Below, in pieces: positions 24,791 to 37,689 of a stretch of 64,000 nucleotides of DNA. The stretch is from Octopus sinensis. Taxonomy: Eukaryota. The DNA lies in the NCBI RefSeq assembly GCF_006345805.1, contig NC_042999.1, positions 80,476,001 to 80,540,000 on the forward strand. Direction: 5' to 3'. Both the position numbers and the translations under genes were made by a program. Under the pieces are notes generated by a model. The model did not search any database. It was not told the origin of the DNA and worked only from the letters and a program-made list of their open reading frames with translations. Within the stretch, counting starts at the first letter, position 1; each line of letters starts with the position of its first letter.

Positions 24791-27039
24791 AATGATATAT
24801 TTTCGGTAGTTTAATAATAAACTGTACAGCATGGAGTCATTCTTGTAGGCTAATCGGAATTTCTCCTTTTACAATTTTAATCAGTCAAATATTCTTCTTC
24901 CTGAAATCCCCAGAATACCACTCCGTTCTTCAGTCTTAATGGCAGTCTTCACGCCATCACTGTAAATTTCCACCCCTACCAAACTGACCACAGATAGTGT
25001 ATTGTTATCACTTACGTTAAAACAGCGTGGTACAAGTTCTACATCAACGAGTGTTTCACCTACATTGTCTAGATATGAGTATTTGAAAGTTGCTGTATAC
25101 AGTGTATTTCCTTGATGTGTGACCCAATAGTAGTGGGGCCTTTAAATGTTTTCAGCCATTTCTAATTCTACCATCATTTTCACAACTTCATATTTCTCCA
25201 ACACATTGTGACACTTTCCCATGATAGCTTTGTAAAGAACGATTAAGTTTCCATATGCGAATGTCTGCGCCTGCTGAAGCAATTAATAGATGTAATTTTC
25301 ACAGATTCTTTCACTATACTTTAACCCAATCCTAAGTGGGTTTTGACTTGGGCCTATTCACGTCTCTTTTGTCTTTTACATTTCCATTACATTTCCACAT
25401 ACATACTCATGACTGACACGATATACACTAAGCAACACGTTATACACTAACCAACATGTTAGTCTGTATATAACGCAGTTATTACAAACAGCCGTTACAA
25501 GTACTGCTGCTATAAGTTCTTCTCACTTGCTCCTGCATACATAGTGCCACACAAGTGGCATTTTCTGCATGTATGCAATGCATGCAATTCATGCCTAAGA
25601 TATTGAAATTAACGAAGACAACAAACAGATTGTAACATAATTGTTTTCTTTTTATGAATGTTACAAAAAAAGCTATAAATGCCCTGTTTAAATTATACAC
25701 TTTTCATTTTTAAATTGCATGACTAAGTGCCGGGCGTGATATTCTCGTATCTACCTACTTCTACCTCTTGCTTCTCTGTTCGTTTAGCATATGGCTGATA
25801 GTCATTCACTATCCATCTCTACTTAATATTTTACTTGCCAAGTAATTTGCAAGTTTCTTGTAGAGAGGAGGATGAATAGACAAGGTGAGATGTTGTTTAC
25901 TATGAAACAGGTGTGTCACGTGCATGGGCATGCATAAAATGAAGTGGCAATGGCAGGTCATAAACTAATTATATTTCGCCTTGTTCATTGACACTTTAAC
26001 CAGTCAAAAATTTGCATTACTTCTATATTGTTTCTCCTTCATTATTTTCCTCTTTCTATCTTAGCTCTTTCTTTTTCTCCTGCTCTCTTTCTCTCTCACC
26101 CACCCACACACACACGCACACACACATAAACACACTGAAGACAGACAGAGGCAGGCAAAATATATATCATGTAGTTGCTAATGTCATACAAGAGCTATTT
26201 ACATGCATTATGCTGTGTCACTTGACGTGCATTATAATTCCCCACAGCTAATAACTTTCAAAGAATAAAGGAATAACTACAACACACACACACGCATAGA
26301 CACACACGCATACATATATGTTTTTGAAAAACAAATACAATGCAAATTAAAATATACGAGTGACAACGAAAGGAAGACCGTACAATGGTGTATACGTTAC
26401 CATAAGGTAAAATTTAAACAATTATTTTCTTCGCATCCATATTTCGATTTGCATTGTATTCGCTTTTCAACAGTTTTTAACATTATATATATCTAACAAG
26501 GCTTCACTTGAACTACTTTGTTAGTATATATCCATGTTTAAACGTGCATGTGTATGAGTACGTGTGTGTGTGTGTGTGTGTGTGTGTCTGTGTGTATGTG
26601 TGTACAAGATTGTAAGTCTGTCTATGTTTGTATGACCGGGAGTGCGCACTATGTGTCTTTGGAAATAACTGCATTATTTGATGAAAATGTATTTAGTATA
26701 GTTGCGCAAATATAAACTGTTGAAAAAGTACAAATGCTCAATGTACATCCTTATTTTCATTCTAGAAAAGAGTTGTTCACGTTTGTACATACTGCCAAGC
26801 AGTGTGGCATAGCATTTAGGGAATTATGTTAATTTGGGGGAGTTCATTACTTTAAGGTAGTCTGCATAAAATTGAGATACTTATCTTTAAATTTTGACGA
26901 AAGAAATTCACTAATCCAAAATTCTATTTTTTCCAAATTGCAGTTCATTTCATGTAACTTATTCAACATTGACATTAAATGGATTCTTAAAATGCTAAAA
27001 ACAACGTCTCTAGTTTTGAATTCTTTAAATTTGGAGTAG

Positions 27040-27250
27040 TGTCTGTGTTTGTACCCTACTATCGCTTGACAGCAGACGTTGGTGTGTCTATGTCCCCGTA
27101 ACATAGTGGTTCGGCAAAAGTGTCTGATAGAATAAGTTTTAGGCTTAAAATTAATAAATCCTGGTGTCGATTTCTTCGACTGAAAGACCCTTTAAGGCGG
27201 CGTTCCAGCATGGCCGCAGTCAAGTGACTGAAACAAGTAAAAGACAAAAG
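27040..27250 (+). mobile_element. 3' half of the abundant tRNA-derived SINE (family of 63110-63509)
   Basis: CAGCATGGCCGCAGTCAAGTGACTGAAACAAGTAAAAGA tail shared with 63110-63160. Confidence 0.75.
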
Positions 27251-30200
27251 CAGAAAAAAAGAAAAGAGAATTGTCAATGAAATTTGCTATTGAATTACTG
27301 TTCAATTTCTGTTTCCACAGATTGAAAATGTACAAAGTTGATGTTGTGTCTTGAGTAGGGATTAAAATTTAAGGTTTTTGAATGGTCGGATGGTTGTAAA
27401 TTGACTTTGATTCGCGAAGAATATTGCACGAGCAACTAGTGGATGTACCCGCAGCGCAACAAACATAATTAAGTAAGGTTAGTTGGACATTTAATAGATA
27501 TTTCCTTTTCATTTCAGTTTCACCAAATCATTTTGAGTCAGAGAAATTATAAAAGAGAGAAAGAAATGAAACAAAATTTTAATAGATATTTTTTTCACAA
27601 AATTAGGCGTGCCAGTTCAACCACTACAGGGACTGCATATGACCCGCAGACCGCATTTTGTCAATACTTGTAATAATTCTAAACTTAACTGATTTTATAA
27701 ATGGCAATAAGATGATCAATTGGTGAGATATGACTTAATTTATTTTGAAGGGAGTCTGCAAGAAACAAGTGTTGATTCTGTCAAAATTAAAAGTCAATGC
27801 TGGTTCGAACTATGACAATGTAACGCGTATTTACTGTTGTTTATTAACTACAATATTTCCCTGTTTACTTTGACATTTCTCTAACGTTTCCTTTCAAGAT
27901 AATTTAAGATGAATCAATAACTGTTGCACGAAATCAACATGAAGAGCAAATACCATTGCCAAATATGTCCCATTAAATATTGAGAAATATAACTAAGATA
28001 TAAGCAAACATTTATCAAATATTTATAACCTTAAGCTTAAGCAGAACTATTAATTAATGATACATTCCGACATTGTCATTCTATAAACTTGCCAGTGGAA
28101 TTTTTGCTATTTATGATGAAATATAGGCGGGTTTTAATATAATTCTGCTAAATTAAACATATGACAATAACGATTTACAATATTGATAAATGGCCAGTTA
28201 TTTGTAAGGGAAGGCATATCGGCATAAACTGGTCGAACTACATATTTCTTACATATTTCATCAGCTTCAGTGAAAGGAAAGCCATGATCTAAATCAACAA
28301 GTTAAAATTGAGCTTTGGAGCAATTTAAGCAATTCCTGTAGTCACGTATTTGACCATTTCTGTCTTTGTTATGAGTCCATAATAAACAGATTGCATATAA
28401 CACCGGGTTCTTAAGATTCCTGCTTTCTTACAAACATAGTGAAGTTCCGTTAGTTTTTAGTGTATTATTCTAGCTTTGGGAAATACAGATCTGTTTATGT
28501 GGTAATGAAATGTCGAACACTGATTTTGCTGGTCATGTAAGTTTGCAGGGTGTTAAATAACGGTTTGCATTTGGCATGTGATGTAGCGTATGTTATAACT
28601 TTTGGAAAACCCTTTTCTGATTCCCAATATAACGTTTGCTTTCTTGTCTAATGCTCTTGGAAAACGCTAGTGCATCCTAAAATTCCATTAGCACAGCCGC
28701 TTTGGTCAATGTTTTATCACCAGTTAACGGATATGTTTGAGCAGAATTGCGCATTTGGGATGCTGTGACAGTGAAGTATTAACTAAGGAATTAGTGCCGT
28801 CTATGAAGTAAATTATTTCTAACGGAACGAATTCTAATTCCAAATCCGTCGCGGTGAACAACAATTTTACTTCTTGCTGCACTGAACTCACAAAACAAAT
28901 TTCTCACATGTTAAAACCATTTATTATTTTTTTCCGAATAGCATTAACCTTTACTTGATTATATGTCAGAGGATCATGATGAATTTATATTTTATTCCAA
29001 TGATTATGTTTTGTAGCAGACATCAGAATGTGAAATCATTAAAGAAAAATTACCGTCACCATAAAATAACAGTAAAGGAAAAAAAAGTGAAAGAAAAATA
29101 TAAGCAATCATTCAATACAAAACGAATTACATTAGAAATGAAAATGTGGAAATTACTATGGAAGATTTGAAATAAAAATTAACTTTATCGATATTAATAG
29201 TAACTTAATGTTGTAAGGAAAAAATATTATGAGAAAATCGATAATAATATGAGAAAAATAAAAATAGCAAAAATAATAAGATAGAGTTAAAATAAAAAGA
29301 CACAGGAGAAAACCAGAAACAACAAGAACGTTGAAAGGAAGTCTTCATTACTTCCATTGAATTCAATTATGTTGGATCTTTTGTACAGAAGACACAAAGA
29401 AGATTTCGACGATGGTATCAGTTTATCTTGAGAATATCAAGGATTTTAAACATGTTAGGTTGTAAATCTGTGTCTTTTATTTGAGTAAATACTATAGAAT
29501 TTATCTCCCTCTCTACACAAATGACAAACTGATAGAAGAAGAGAAAACAAAATCGATTAATGCATACAATGTGAAGAAGCAAGGGAATTATAATAAGATG
29601 AAACAAATTCGAAGGAGATTTCGTCCCCGCTTTCAACCAAAAGAAAAGCTTTTCAGTGCATTATATAGACAGATACATGGAAATCCCTATCAATTTGGTT
29701 CAGTAAATGTACGAATAAGATAGAAAACGGATAAAGAATTTCTTTATGAAACGAGGTTAGGATAGCTTGATGCATTAAATTAACAAAGTAAATCCCCCGT
29801 CTTTTACTTTTCATTCTAAATCATAGGCTCACACACAGAAAATAAGCCGTATGTATTTTTTGCGTGTGAAAGAATTCAAGTCTTAAACTTCGGTATGAAT
29901 GTGTGTGTATGCTTTGGTGTCTGCGTGTGTATGCGTGTGCATGTGTGTGTGTGTGTGTATTTCTGGTGCGTGTGTGCATTTGTGGAGCGTGTGTACATTT
30001 GTTGTGCTTGTATCCATGTGTGTGTGTGCAAGCGTGCGTATGTGCCTAGCGGTAAATGACAAAATCAGTAGAGCATCGAACAAAACCATTTATACTCATT
30101 GTAATTTCTGAATTCAATTCTTACCGAAGACATCTTTCGGTTTCATGAGTTGGGAATATTCAAAGGAGAGAGTGAAGTACAAAGGTTATTTACATATACT

Positions 30201-31000
30201 ATGACCCTCTCTTAAAATGCGCGCAATTTCTGACATGTATTTGAACTTGACGCAATTATTGTTCGGCCTCAGGCCTACGACCAAATCAAGTCTAGCCGCG
30301 ACCACAACACATAACTGCGTTTGTGTGCAACGTATGTGTATGTGCAATCACACATGCACACACACACACATTTCTCAAAACACAGACACGCACGAGCATG
30401 TGCAGACAAATACATAGACAGACACAATTACAGGCAACCGATACACGAATATATGTACAAACAACGCTGACACGCAAAAAAGATACTAGAACACTGCTGT
30501 ATATCTGTCTGTCTGTCTGTCTGTCTGTCTATAGTTATGTTGAGTAAGGACGCAATGCAACAATACCCATACCAAAAGCAATACTGTAAAATAATAAAAA
30601 ATAACAGATTGGCGTAGTATTAAGGTGTTCGTCACAAGATAAGGGTTTTGTTTCGATAAAAAAGTCCGTTACTAACGATTCGAAATTTTACTGGTACCTA
30701 CCTCGAATTTTAAGATACTTGAAATAGAACATGGATTCGTTCAAACGATACCTACCATTAGTTCAAGTCGGTCTAGCCTCCGTACATATCAGAAAACTAC
30801 GAAGTGTCAACATACGGAATGTCGTTAATATGCTCGACCAATTTACATCTGCGGCAATATAACGAAAATCAACATCTACCGCACCCCGCTGTTCTATTAT
30901 ATATACATCTATCTGTGTAGAAATACACTCAAATACACATACGCACTACACACAGACACACAGACACACGCACATGCACCCACACACACACACACGCACG

Positions 31001-31059
<59 letters not shown>

Positions 31060-31109
31060 GGACTGCAGATTTGCTGAAATTGAGTACGTGTCAGTCTGGT
31101 GCCTTCTTG

Positions 31110-31148
<39 letters not shown>

Positions 31149-31150
31149 CA

Positions 31151-31390
31151 GACAAAAAAGAGTGAAAAAACCACAGAAGGCTTGTGTTATATGGTTAAAG
31201 AATATATTTAAATCGTTATGTTAGAAAAATTTTATAAACTTTTGCGTATAGTAACATAGTTTTTGGAGAAATTTCTCCGAAACTATGTTACTATACGCAA
31301 AATTTTATAAAATTTTTCTAACATAACGATTTAAATATATTCTTTAACCATATAACACAAGCCACCTGTAGTTTTTTCAGTCTTTTTGTC
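31151..31390. repeat. 240-bp spacer-less palindrome (foldback/MITE-like)
   Basis: Centre GGAGAAA|TTTCTCC at 31271/31272; inner about 93 bp of the arms differ at about 3 positions; TA-rich flanks. Confidence 0.92.
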
Positions 31391-32036
31391 TTTTATACAT
31401 CCAACGGCGTGCTTTCACATATCAACTCTCTCAACTATTATTTATATATATATATATATAATTATATATACTTATACACACACATTCTCACACACGCGTA
31501 CACGAACATACATATGCATGTATGTTCATATAATAGGTGTGTTAGAGTACTTGTAGTGCACCAAGGCATTTCGATTAATTAAAGTTATATCCGTAGTGAT
31601 TACGAAATGCATTATCTTAATGACAAATTCTAAACAATAAAGTTAAGAACGACAACTCCGATTTTAAATAATTAAATTAAATGAACACTGAAAAGCACGT
31701 GTGGGAGTGCTTCTGACTGATCTTTTGCTCTTTCCATATATGTGTATATGTGGTTTTACGTGTGCGTGCATATACGCGTTTGGATTTTTGTGTGGATATA
31801 AATGTGCATCTGGTTAGCTGCACGTTATCTCCAATATTATTACAACATTAATATTATCCCACCTTCTATCCAAACGAGCAAAACTGTCCTTCACCAAATG
31901 TAGTCAAATATTCACTTTTCACTTCGCAGCCTACGTGCATCGCCTAGCCGAAAACAACGTCAAATATAAACTAAATATAATCCAATTCTTCCATTCCATA
32001 ATTACAAGTAATATGTATATACATATGTGCGTATGT

Positions 32037-32080
<44 letters not shown>

Positions 32081-32221
32081 GTGTACATTTAAACACAGGA
32101 GAAAACTGCCTTCAAAAGGTAATTTTTACACGCTAGAAGAAGCAGTCAAAACGACCAAATCCACATTTAAGAGCAGTTTTCGAAGGAAATGAAAATTTAA
32201 ACTTTTACCTTGTTGTTTTTT

Positions 32222-32294
32222 ACGGTTATACGTAGGCTTCAGATTTCTTCAGAAAATGAAATAATTTGATAGGCGAATCCTCATCAGTAACCGT
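32222..32294 (-). ncRNA. Type I hammerhead-like motif with 7-bp stem I and A15.1G change
   Basis: ACGGTTA CTGATGA GGATT-30 nt-AATCT GAAG CCTACG TA TAACCGT. Confidence 0.6.
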
Positions 32295-32306
32295 GCCATA
32301 TAAGTA

Positions 32307-32349
<43 letters not shown>

Positions 32350-32859
32350 TGTCGCTCAAGAGTGATAGTTTATTAAAGTGAGATTCGAGATTTTAGAAAA
32401 ACAGTACCGTACTGACAATAGGAAATACATCAAAAGTAAATGCTTGTATTTTTATAAAATTTCAATTGGTTTATGTCGATAGTGATGTAGCGTTCATTCT
32501 AAAGACACACATTATTGATGATGAACCTGAAAGAACTAGTGTTGGCAGTAACATGGAAGATAAAGAGCCTGAAATGCAAAGAAATTAGAACTACATATGT
32601 GAGGAAGCTTCATGAAAAACAAAACAAAATAAACATCCAACACAGTGCTATTCATAGGTTCTTAAGGACATTTCAAAAATAGTATCTGAGGGCAGAACTG
32701 GAAGCCCCAAAAAATCTGGACAAAGAATAGAATTGGTTCTAGAACCATAACGGTACGCAATTATCACCTCGTAGGGTAGCTAACATGTTTGAAATTCTAC
32801 GTGTATTAATCCACAGTTTTCCTGCGAAATGATCTGAACAAAAAAGCTTATCACATTCA

Positions 32860-33395
32860 AGTTTGAACTGAAGGACACAAGGTAAAGCCGCTTGGGGAAG
32901 ATTGACCTTGAACTCAACCGTGAATGCGCCGTACGTTTTAAAGTTCTAGCGCACTTCCACAGTTTACAACAGTGCTTGGAAGGATGGTGTGTAGCGTGTG
33001 ATCGTAGCATTGACCATGGCAGAGAAAGATGTTATAAAGCGATACCTGTACAGGGTCTTACACAAAGTTGCAGAAAGTGTACGGAGACAAGTGCGTAAGC
33101 AGCACACAAGTGAACCAGTGGTTCAGACGTTTCCAAAAATGGCCGAAAAAATGTCGATATTGACGAACGTTCTGGGAGACTTTCAAGCAGCGGAACTGAG
33201 GAAAACATCTCAGTTGTTCGTGCATCTGTGAGGGGAAATCGTCAAATCACCATCCGTGAGTTATCAGATGTGCAGATTAGTTACGGTTCAGTGCAGTCCA
33301 ATATCATTGAAGATTTGGGTATGAGAATCGTGTCTGCAAAGTTTATGCCAAAACTGCTTTCAGCTGAAAAAAAGACAATGCATTTTGTGTCCATG
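32860..33395 (+). mobile_element. Mariner transposase N-terminal (HTH) fragment
   Basis: LQKVYGDKCVSSTQVNQWFRRFQ..GRKNVDIDERSGR...RGNRQITIRELSDVQISYGSVQSNIIEDLGMRIVSAKFMPKLL across frameshifts. Confidence 0.8.
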
Positions 33396-33724
33396 CATTT
33401 GCGTGTGGATAAACTTGTGGCTGGGTGTGCGAGTCACTATAGAACGCAGATATGTGTTTCATTAGTGTCCATGTTGGTGTGTACATATGTATTCCATATG
33501 TATAATTGGTTGTGTGCATATGTTCATCCAGATATTTCTAATCGAGTGTATCTGTAGAAAACGAATTCGTCTGCTATGTTGTTTTGTTTGAGAACCCAGC
33601 CATTTCTAGGTTTGTATGTAGATGTCTTACAAACAATCTTTAAATATTAATTTACCTAAATAGGTATCTTTTATTTGCTGGCTACTGCTAACATTTTTAG
33701 TGATTTTATCCTTTAATTATATCA

Positions 33725-33846
<122 letters not shown>

Positions 33847-33919
33847 GTATCTATCTATCTATCTATCTATCTACATACATGCACACATACACACATACAT
33901 ATATATATGTGTGTGTGTG

Positions 33920-34350
33920 TGCAGAGGCTTGGCTGTGTAGTGAGAAATTTGCTTCCCAAACACAGGGGAGCGGATTCAACCCCACTCTGCGGAAATTTGG
34001 GTCAAGTGTTTTCTACTAAAGCTCAACACGACCAAGCCTTGTGTGTAGATTTGATGCACGGAAATTGAAAGAAGCCCGTCGATTATATAAATATATATGT
34101 ATATGTGTGTGTGTGTTCATATGTCTGTGTATGTGTGCATGTTTGTGTGTGTGTGTATGTCTTTGGTTCTTTATATCAAACAACGATTGAGAAATGATGA
34201 TGGCGTGTTTACGTCCCGGTAATCTAGAGTCAGAATAATGACAAGGCTTTAAAAACTAGTTATTCAGGTTAATTCTTTTGAGTGACGTTTTTCAGAGCTG
34301 CATCTTAGTATGGTCGCATCCTAATGACTGAAACAAATAAAAGATTAAAA
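33920..34350 (+). mobile_element. Decayed tRNA-derived SINE (family of 63110-63509)
   Basis: TGGCTGTGTAGTGAGAAATTTGCTTCCCAAACAC head, GGAAATTGAAAGAAGCCCGTCG, internal (TG)n, GACTGAAACAAATAAAAGA tail. Confidence 0.7.
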
Positions 34351-35574
34351 GTAAATTATATATGTGTGTGTGCGTGAGTGTGTGCGTTTGCGTGTGTGTA
34401 TGTGTGTGTGAATCTATATATACATTTTCACATGCATGTATGCATGAATACTTCACCAATACCGGTCCGTCTATATAAACTCCCAGAATTTCGAGAAGCC
34501 TGACTTCCTCTTGTTTATATAAGCATGAAGAATATTAAAAATGGATGCATTTCTTCTTCCAAAGAAATGTTGAGAATGAGCTCACTTTATTAATGCGTCT
34601 CGTATATTCGTACCTTTTTTATCGAGCCATGGTGAAGTAAACGCACATTTTTCTCGGTAAGATTTAATAATTTAAATATAAGTAATCTATGAAATTTCAA
34701 TGTATTTAGAGCGACATTCGAACGATATCTTTCACTATTTGTATTCCCGCAAAAAAAAAAAAAAATTAATATAAAGCGCAAATCTAAAGAGATTTAAATT
34801 CGAAATCATGTAGCTCGATCTTCCGTAAATAATTTATAATGCTATTAATATTTAAGCTGTCTGTAATACTCTTCATTAACGAATGATATTATTTCATCTA
34901 ATTTTATTTACTCAATATAATACTTTGCATTTTACACTAGATAGACCATTAATTAATGGGATAAATATCTTTATACCGTACTTTAGTTAATCATTGCATA
35001 ATCTATCTTTGTGATTGTGATTCCTATTCTTGAGGAAAGACGTCAAAATTAATTAGTTTGTCACTGATACTTACGATGAATAGACAGCCGTTAAAGTGGA
35101 CATTGTTGTGCATTATTCAGAAAGTACGATGTTGCAATAATGATAGATATTTCTGACATTTGAAGAAGACTACAAATGATGAAGGAGGCAAAAATTGATA
35201 AAATTAAGGAAAATATTTTACTGGTACTTAATGTGTTGACCACCGAACTATAAAGTAAGGCAAGCTGTCGATCTGTTTCTTATTCGGTATGGGAAGTGAA
35301 TGTATTTATTTAACCACTTGATATCAGTACGATTGCGGCCGTATCACCAGTGTATATAATCGTCATGAAATAATTTAATCGATTGGATTTCCTGGATTTC
35401 AGCTGCACAGAACTCCGCATTATACTCCTGGATTACAATATGTGATGATAGTCGGGTCCACTAGAGGAGCTTTCTATGATTGCTGCGGGGTTCTGTGAAT
35501 CCATGCATTGCACTGCAAATATATATACAACAGTTGAGGCCCTATGCTCCACAAAGGGCGAAAAGGATTAAGAA

Positions 35575-35576
35575 GT

Positions 35577-35615
<39 letters not shown>

Positions 35616-35627
35616 TTGTACATATAT

Positions 35628-35672
<45 letters not shown>

Positions 35673-35701
35673 CATATATATATATATACATATATATATA
35701 C

Positions 35702-35748
<47 letters not shown>

Positions 35749-35881
35749 CATATATATATATACATATATATATACATATATATACATATATATATATACA
35801 TATATATATACATATATATATACATATAATATATATATACATATATATAATATACATATATATATACATATATATATATAC

Positions 35882-35933
<52 letters not shown>

Positions 35934-35958
35934 ATATATATATACATATATATATATA
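35575..35958. repeat. (TA)n/(TATATACA)n low-complexity array
   Basis: Direct reading. Confidence 0.95.
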
Positions 35959-36170
35959 GAGGCGCAATGGCCTAGTGGTTAGGGCAGCGGACTCGCGGTC
36001 GCAGGATCGCGGTTTCGATTCTCAGACCGGGCGTTGTGTGTGTTTATTGAGCGAAAACACCTAAAAGCTCTACGAGGCTCCGGCAGGGGGTGGTGATCCC
36101 TGCTGTACTCTTTCACCACAATGGCGGTGCCCCAGCATGGCCACAGCTCAAGAGCTGAAACTGGAAAAAC
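35959..36170 (+). mobile_element. tRNA-derived SINE inserted in a TA array
   Basis: A-box TGGCCTAGTGG and B-box GGTTTCGATTC within GGCGCAATGGCCTAGTGGTTAGGGCAGCGGACTCGCGGTCGCAGGATCGCGGTTTCGATTCTCAGACC, followed by a non-tRNA body. Confidence 0.8.
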
Positions 36171-36206
36171 AAAAACAAAACAAAAAATATATATACATAT
36201 ATATAC

Positions 36207-36273
<67 letters not shown>

Positions 36274-36399
36274 GAGTTTTTGTATCCAGAAGACCCAAAA
36301 TGCAGGTAAGGCTATGTAAGTGCTACGGAAGGACCGCTGTTAGACTCCCAGTTCGATAATAGTATGAGTGAGGAGTCTAACATGGTTCATGTATAAGCA

Positions 36400-37350
36400 T
36401 GTATATGTTAGATAAAATGAGATAACAAATCCAATGCAGTGTGAAATTTCTAGGACATTCATAAAGAGAAAGGTAGACTTACATCTGTTTCAGGGATAAA
36501 CCCTCATCAGAGACGATATGAGTTAAATAGAAGAAAATAGTAACGTTCAATATAAGAAGTTATTTTGGAAAGGTAATGATGTAGGAAGTATAAAGGCAAA
36601 AAATGAAAAATATAGGTTGGATATTACAGCTCAAGTTCCATTATATAAGGGATGTGCTATGTAGAGTGGGTAAAGTGATTTCTTGTCTATGGTATGTAAA
36701 TTCCGATAGGAGTTCATATTTTGTTATTAAAAATGGATAGTGTTTAGATATTAATATCATGTGTTGTTCACTCAAAGGAATCTTGTGGTGTAAATGAAAT
36801 TTTGAGAAGTAGATAAAGAGAAGAGAATAGCTCAATATGTTATATGGAAGAAAATTGGTATTGGTCAAAAAGATTGGGGGAGGAAGGAAGAAATAAATAA
36901 AAATGAAAGAAAGAAATGAGAAAATGAAAAGATAATGTGATGGGGTCGGGGAGAGGAGAGCTCTCAGTAGATAAAAGGAATAGAAAGGGAGATAGAAGGA
37001 AGAGATAAGAATGTAAGGAAGGTATATGTGTGAGAAGTAGGAGCTGGGGATAATATGTTTGAAAGTACTAAGGTGGAAGGATAGATAAAGAATGTGGCAC
37101 GGAGTGGGAGGTACCAAAAGTGAGTAGTAAACCTCATAGAAGGAAAGAATACGAAGATATAATGGTCTTTATTTATCCCTCCACCTTAATGCCTTTCAAA
37201 CACATCACCCCCTCCCACTTATCACATATTCCTCCCTTACATTCTTATCTCTTCCTCTATCCTCCTTCCATTTCTTTCATCATCTGATATCTCTCCTCTC
37301 CCCTATCCCCTCACATTATTTTGACCACCATCTACTAGTCCTTTTTTCCT
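36400..37350 (-). mobile_element. PLE tail remnant with hammerhead-like motif (36476-36514) and an inverted partial copy
   Basis: GTCT CTGATGA GGG-TTTAT-CCCT GAAA CAGATG TA AGTC; about 36931-37090 is an imperfect reverse complement of about 37170-37325. Confidence 0.6.
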
Positions 37351-37528
37351 TTTCTCTTCTTCTTTTGGGCGATCTACCAGTGCAAATCAGGCAACGTTGT
37401 TGATTGAAGTTTTCATGAAGCTATGGCTTAATAAGTGTGTTCAGAGTTGTCTCTCTTTGGTACATATTCTGAAATATAAATGTATCACAAACATATTTTA
37501 ACTAACCTAAAATTTCCACACACACACA

Positions 37529-37574
<46 letters not shown>

Positions 37575-37689
37575 CACACATATACATATATGTATATATA
37601 TATATTTTTTTTATGAACACCTCACGTGTATGGCTCACTGTTGCAAAGTTGATCGGAAAATGGACATATATACCAAAGGAATGCACTAC

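Noticed and set aside
27430-27700. hAT-like subterminal motif (GCATATGACCCGCAGACCGCATTTTG)
   Set aside because: No matching second end or 8-bp TSD found.
35480-35975. Ile/Tyr-rich ORFs, also at 7385, 14370, 18000 and 58275-59260
   Set aside because: (TA)n and (TATACA)n arrays lack stop codons by composition.
35961-36030. tRNA-like sequence as a real tRNA gene (also 22904 and 63440-63509)
   Set aside because: No closed acceptor stem; continues into a SINE body.
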